Part shown: piece by piece, positions 59,801 to 64,000 of the stretch
Numbering within the stretch: position 1 is the stretch's first letter
How the letters are laid out: each line of letters starts with the position of its first letter
Source of the DNA: Selaginella moellendorffii
Taxonomy: Eukaryota; Plantae; Lycopodiophyta
Length of the DNA stretch: 64,000 nucleotides
Direction: 5' to 3'
Assembly: GCF_000143415.4 (NCBI RefSeq)
Contig: NW_003314354.1
Coordinates: forward strand, 459,989 to 523,988
Made by a program: the position numbers and the translations under genes
Notes under the pieces: generated by a model
Seen by the model: the letters and a program-made list of their open reading frames with translations, nothing else
The model's database searches: none
Told to the model about the DNA's origin: nothing

Positions 59801-62800
59801 GATATCTTCAAGAAAAGATTCCGTTAGGATCTGTGTGTCAGAGAAAAGGAACGTTGTTTCTTTGTCGTCAACGCCAGCTTTCATAAGACTCTTTTCAGTC
59901 ATCTCTCCATTCTGTGNNNNNNNNNNNNNNNNNNNNNNNNNNNNNNNNNNNNNNNNNNNNNNNNNNNNNNNNNNNNNNNNNNNNNNNNNNNNNNNNNNNN
60001 NNNNNNNNNNNNNNNNCGCCAGCTTTGTTAGACTCTGCCTCCCGCTGCCTCCAACCTCCAAGCAGCAGCGCATTTCCAAGTGGCAGACGGATGACCTCTG
60101 CACACTCTTGAAATATGTTCTATAGCGTCGAGAAATAGAACCAGCTTCATTGGGGCGTTGCTAACATTATTGTACTCCTCCAAGTAATTTTCCACAACAG
60201 ATGGTAGTTTCACGAGGTCAGTGATCTAGCAATGGGAGAAAGTTAGCTTCCACGACGATTAAAAGACATAGTGTACCTCCTCGTAAATTTTTGGTTCTGC
60301 ACCGGGCACTAGGAAATCCCCAAACATCAGACGTTCTCGCCTTACAACTTCGTTCCATTCAAGGTCGAAGTGTTTACGGATAAGATTTGCAAGCAAATTG
60401 GAAAACCATGTCCGATCCTCGTCATTGATGAGGCGATCCTGCAAAGCGCGAGAGTTAGAAAATCTGTTGCAAACAACCAAACACCTACCTGAAAAACACG
60501 CATGGCCTCATGAAGCCAGATAGTAATCATGGAGTTGAAGCTCTTGCTCTGATTCGGATCGGCGCGAAGAACACCTTGTATGGTCTTACTAAGATCTCTC
60601 AGGTTGAAAGTGTAATGAGACTTCGAAGGAGTTGGCAACAATTCCTGGCGTATAGTGTTGTACACATCAATGCTGGCGAGAACAATCGGAGTTGCGGCTC
60701 TATGCACATCTTCTTGGAACTTTTGCGTAAAAGTCGCTCCCAAGATGGTGGAGAAAATCATCGCCAAGCTCTCGTCAGACATGTCGTTGAAGGACAGAAA
60801 GTTAAAATGCCGTAGAAACCTGAAAGTGACGGGATTCCGTCCTCCTCCCGGCGGCCCCATGCAGCCAACAAACTGTATCTCGATCAGAGTTCTAAAGGCG
60901 CAAGGTGGCTTCCTGTCATACCATCCCTTGTGATCCATCCACTGACGAAGTATCTCGATTGGAGGCTGCGCGAAGTACTTCTCTCTCTGTGGCATGTTGA
61001 CATCATCCACGAAGATAATGTACTTCTTGTTGATGGGGGGACCGAAAACTCCCTTCCGCCTCTTCTCGGTCTTGGAGTCTATCAAATCCTGTGTCTGGTT
61101 GGCACTTGTTCTTGCAGAAAAGTTGACGAAAATGGGGATGAAAGCAGCGTCCATGTGATTCAGTAACTGATCTTGCATGACCAGAGTCTTGCCCGTCCCG
61201 GTCTCTCCGACACACAAAACGTGCTTCCCGATCTTCAAGAGCGTACTGATTACAAACTTGGATCGAACCGAATCCACTGTCGGGACAATGAGCTCCGAAA
61301 ACGGCTTGTCTGGGTTACAGACATACTTCGGAATGGTCTGCATCCAATCCAACCACTCCATAGTCAGATGGTTGAAGTGATAAGAAAAGACGTCCATGTC
61401 GGCTGGAGGAGGCTTTTCTAACGCCAGCGGCCCAAGCAAAGCCCGTAGCTGGTTATCGAACTTCATTCGTCCGGTGTTATCGCACGTAACTCCAATGGAC
61501 CAGACAATAGAGAAGATAAATAGAGGCTCGATAATCTGTGACACAAGCGTCAGCTTCGAGCCGGTAAAACACGCAGAATAGAAAAACACCAAACCTGTGG
61601 CAAGCGTTCCTTTTCCTCGTCATTTAGATCCTGACCGATATCCTTGGCATAGGGGGCCATCATGCTGTCCATAACATTGAACAGGCTCAACACAAGATTG
61701 TCTTCCGTCGTCAATACAGTCTGCTTGAGATTCTTCTTTGTGTACTTAATCGCGTGACAGGCAACCTCGTTGAACAAAAGAGTGAGCTTTTCACTGTGAG
61801 CTTTGATAGCCGGGGACAGTCGCTGGAGCCATGAGACTATAAGAGGGTCAAATCCCCTGGCAGTAGGCTCCATATAAATCATCCCGCATCTGCTAACTGT
61901 GGCCGGTGAGGCCACTGCCAAGTCTTCCACCTCAAACATCATCGTCATAGTAGAAGTCAGTTGAATAATCTCTCCACTGACGAGACACAGCTTTTTATTG
62001 TCGTCAAGAACAGTGTTCTACGCAGCAGAAAACCCGGGGATAAGTAAAAATAAAAACGAGACAGAAACATACCATGTTTTCTATCCAGACTGCATCCACT
62101 GGACCGTCAAACATAAGCCATTTTTTATCTTGTGATGGTTCTTCTGCCAAAGCGCGCATGTAACATGCTAAAACGCCATCAGTCCACTCGTGAGTGTTTT
62201 CGTCAAAATCACCATAAAGCTGACCCATTGTGATGGATTTGGGATTCAGACAGACTATTTGCACCTGCAAGTCACCATGGATATAAGTCATTAATAGCAT
62301 ACACGCTTATAAATACCTTCTTATATTTCACGGAGCCTTCTTTCTCAAGTGTTGTCATAGCCATGGAGAGAGAACGATAACACATAGTCTTGCCGGCTCC
62401 AGTTGGTCCCACCAACATCAGCCCGTGCCTCACTATGGTTGTTTCATAGAGTTGAATAACCTTCAGAGGTAGAAAAAAAAACATGAAGAAACAATGCGGC
62501 CCAACACCTTTACATATACCTTGTTTGTAAAGGCAGGGACTGGTTGAATATTCAGCTCCACGGATGCTCTTGCCAAAGCATCAAGAAGATCCACGTACGA
62601 TATTTCCGGTGGCTCTACTCCCGGAAACAAATCCGTAATGATACCGGCAAACAGGGGCAGATCCTGGCTAAGAAACTTGGGAACATTGACATCACGTAGG
62701 CCGCAAAGAAGCAGCACGTCCTCGTCTTCATCGGGATAAGCTCGCTTCAGATTACCAGCAGCGACAATAACACTTTTCACTGCTCTCATTCCGTAGTCAT

Positions 62801-64000
62801 AGTGGTCCTGCCGCGATTCATATGTTAGGAGTGACAAACAAAAATGAAGAGTAAGGACACTAACCTGTGAAGATAATTGCTCAGAACAAAGTTTGAATGT
62901 GGCAACCATCTTTCTGGCAAGATTTTTGGCGCGACGAAATCCAAACGAAAATAGACTGATTTCGCCAATCAGTTCGTAATTGGGAACCATCATTGCGCAG
63001 GGCCTGAAAAGAGCCTTAAGATTGTCTGGTAGCTCCGAGCGTCCGGCGTATCTGATCAACAATGTCTTTCGGATCAATGCGAAAGAAGTGTAGCTGTCAG
63101 TTACTTACCCGGGGTTCATAGTGATGTAAACAGAACATGATGGATCGAGCGAAATCTCCGTATCTTCGAAAATAAAACGCTTTAACTTTTGTTGGATAGC
63201 CAGTTGAATAGTTAAAATCTGCTGAGCAACCACGGAGAGCACTTCCAAATCAATCCGATTGAATTCATCAAAACATGCCCATGCTCCACTGCTAGCAAGT
63301 CCTTTGAAAAACTTTCCCATAGCCAGGTAGTCAAGACCATCCGAGCAGTTGAAAACTACACACTGCTTTGCTAGCGCCTGCAGAATTTGTTCGTTACAAG
63401 ATCACGCATGCATGTTGCGAAGCGTTTTTACCTTCGCAAGATCTTTTGTCGTCTCAGTCTTTCCAGTTCCGGCAGGACCAGCAGGAGCTCCACCCAGATT
63501 CAAATGCAAAGCTCCCATAAGTGTCATGTAACACCTATCTGTTAGAGGCGTTATAACAAGCCGTGGAGTGTTTCCCAGATACTCATAGCCATATGGAAGC
63601 GATGCTTGGACCATCTTCACATAAACTCCCTCATTTTCCCAGTAATAACGGAGCTGGCTCACCCATTCAAAATCTGTCACTGCTTTCACCTGCAGGTCGT
63701 GAAACTTACTTAGAAACCGAAGACTGATAAAAAAAAAGAAGCCACTGACGTTCTCGTCAATGAGCTTTTGAGTGACATCACGAGCATGAACGTCAATGAC
63801 AATAAGAGCCCCGAGGGTCAATCGGGCAAGTGCTGACAGAGGTTTTCGCACAAGATCCGTTAAAGCCATCAATTGCTCAACCTGTATAAGAACTGGAACA
63901 CCATGGTTAAACAACGGCCTCGCCAAAACATAAACTCTAACCTGTATATTCGTGAAATAATCTTGTAAATTATTCTCGTTGATAGCATTTTCCACTTGTT
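53822..64000 (-). CDS. Axonemal inner-arm dynein heavy chain (DNAH1-like single-headed type); 3' portion, 5' end beyond the window
   Basis: AAA1 [28 protein letters not shown]; AAA2 GPTGAGKT; AAA3 GETGTGKT; AAA4 [12 protein letters not shown]; stalk coiled coil; RWPLMIDPQ; ends [28 protein letters not shown]. Confidence 0.95.
59917..60016. other. Assembly gap (100 N) within the dynein gene
   Basis: Run of N bases; sequence next to the gap shows apparent frameshifts. Confidence 0.97.

Noticed and set aside
59880-60110. Dynein pseudogenisation suggested by frameshifts near AAA4
   Set aside because: The disruptions are adjacent to the N gap and are probably low-quality read ends; the rest of the gene appears intact.

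Overview
Eukaryotic land-plant DNA, most likely a lycophyte such as Selaginella (inference: very compact genes with ~45-65 nt introns, an axonemal dynein heavy chain alongside vascular-plant-type genes). Bases 1-11.7 kb are AT-rich and transposon-derived: a decayed Helitron RepHel, a second Helitron fragment, and an intact gene for a secreted Kissper-domain, Gly-rich peptide. From 12 kb on the window is gene-dense: ERF-VIII AP2 factor, an orphan ORF, SCD1, RRP44/DIS3, an MBOAT acyltransferase head-to-head with HRD3 (start codons 37 nt apart), an NPH3/RPT2-like BTB protein, a C2 protein, plastid D-Ala-D-Ala ligase, a duplicated trypsin-fold pseudogene, a DUF248 methyltransferase, an NIF-phosphatase relic, VPS34, an orphan ORF, a pogo-like transposase split by a solo LTR, AIP2, and the 3' part of an inner-arm dynein heavy chain. 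The most notable observations: (1) a 5-exon gene missed by the ORF track that encodes an EB1 C-terminal-like domain with no CH domain, directly downstream of the dynein; (2) the Kissper-only Gly-rich peptide between Helitron sequences; (3) a 37-nt divergent intergenic region built on a perfect CCCTAA/TTAGGG palindrome; (4) three deletion-riddled local duplications of gene ends that flank foreign gene fragments. All calls come from reading the sequence by eye and from recalled family motifs; no searches were run.
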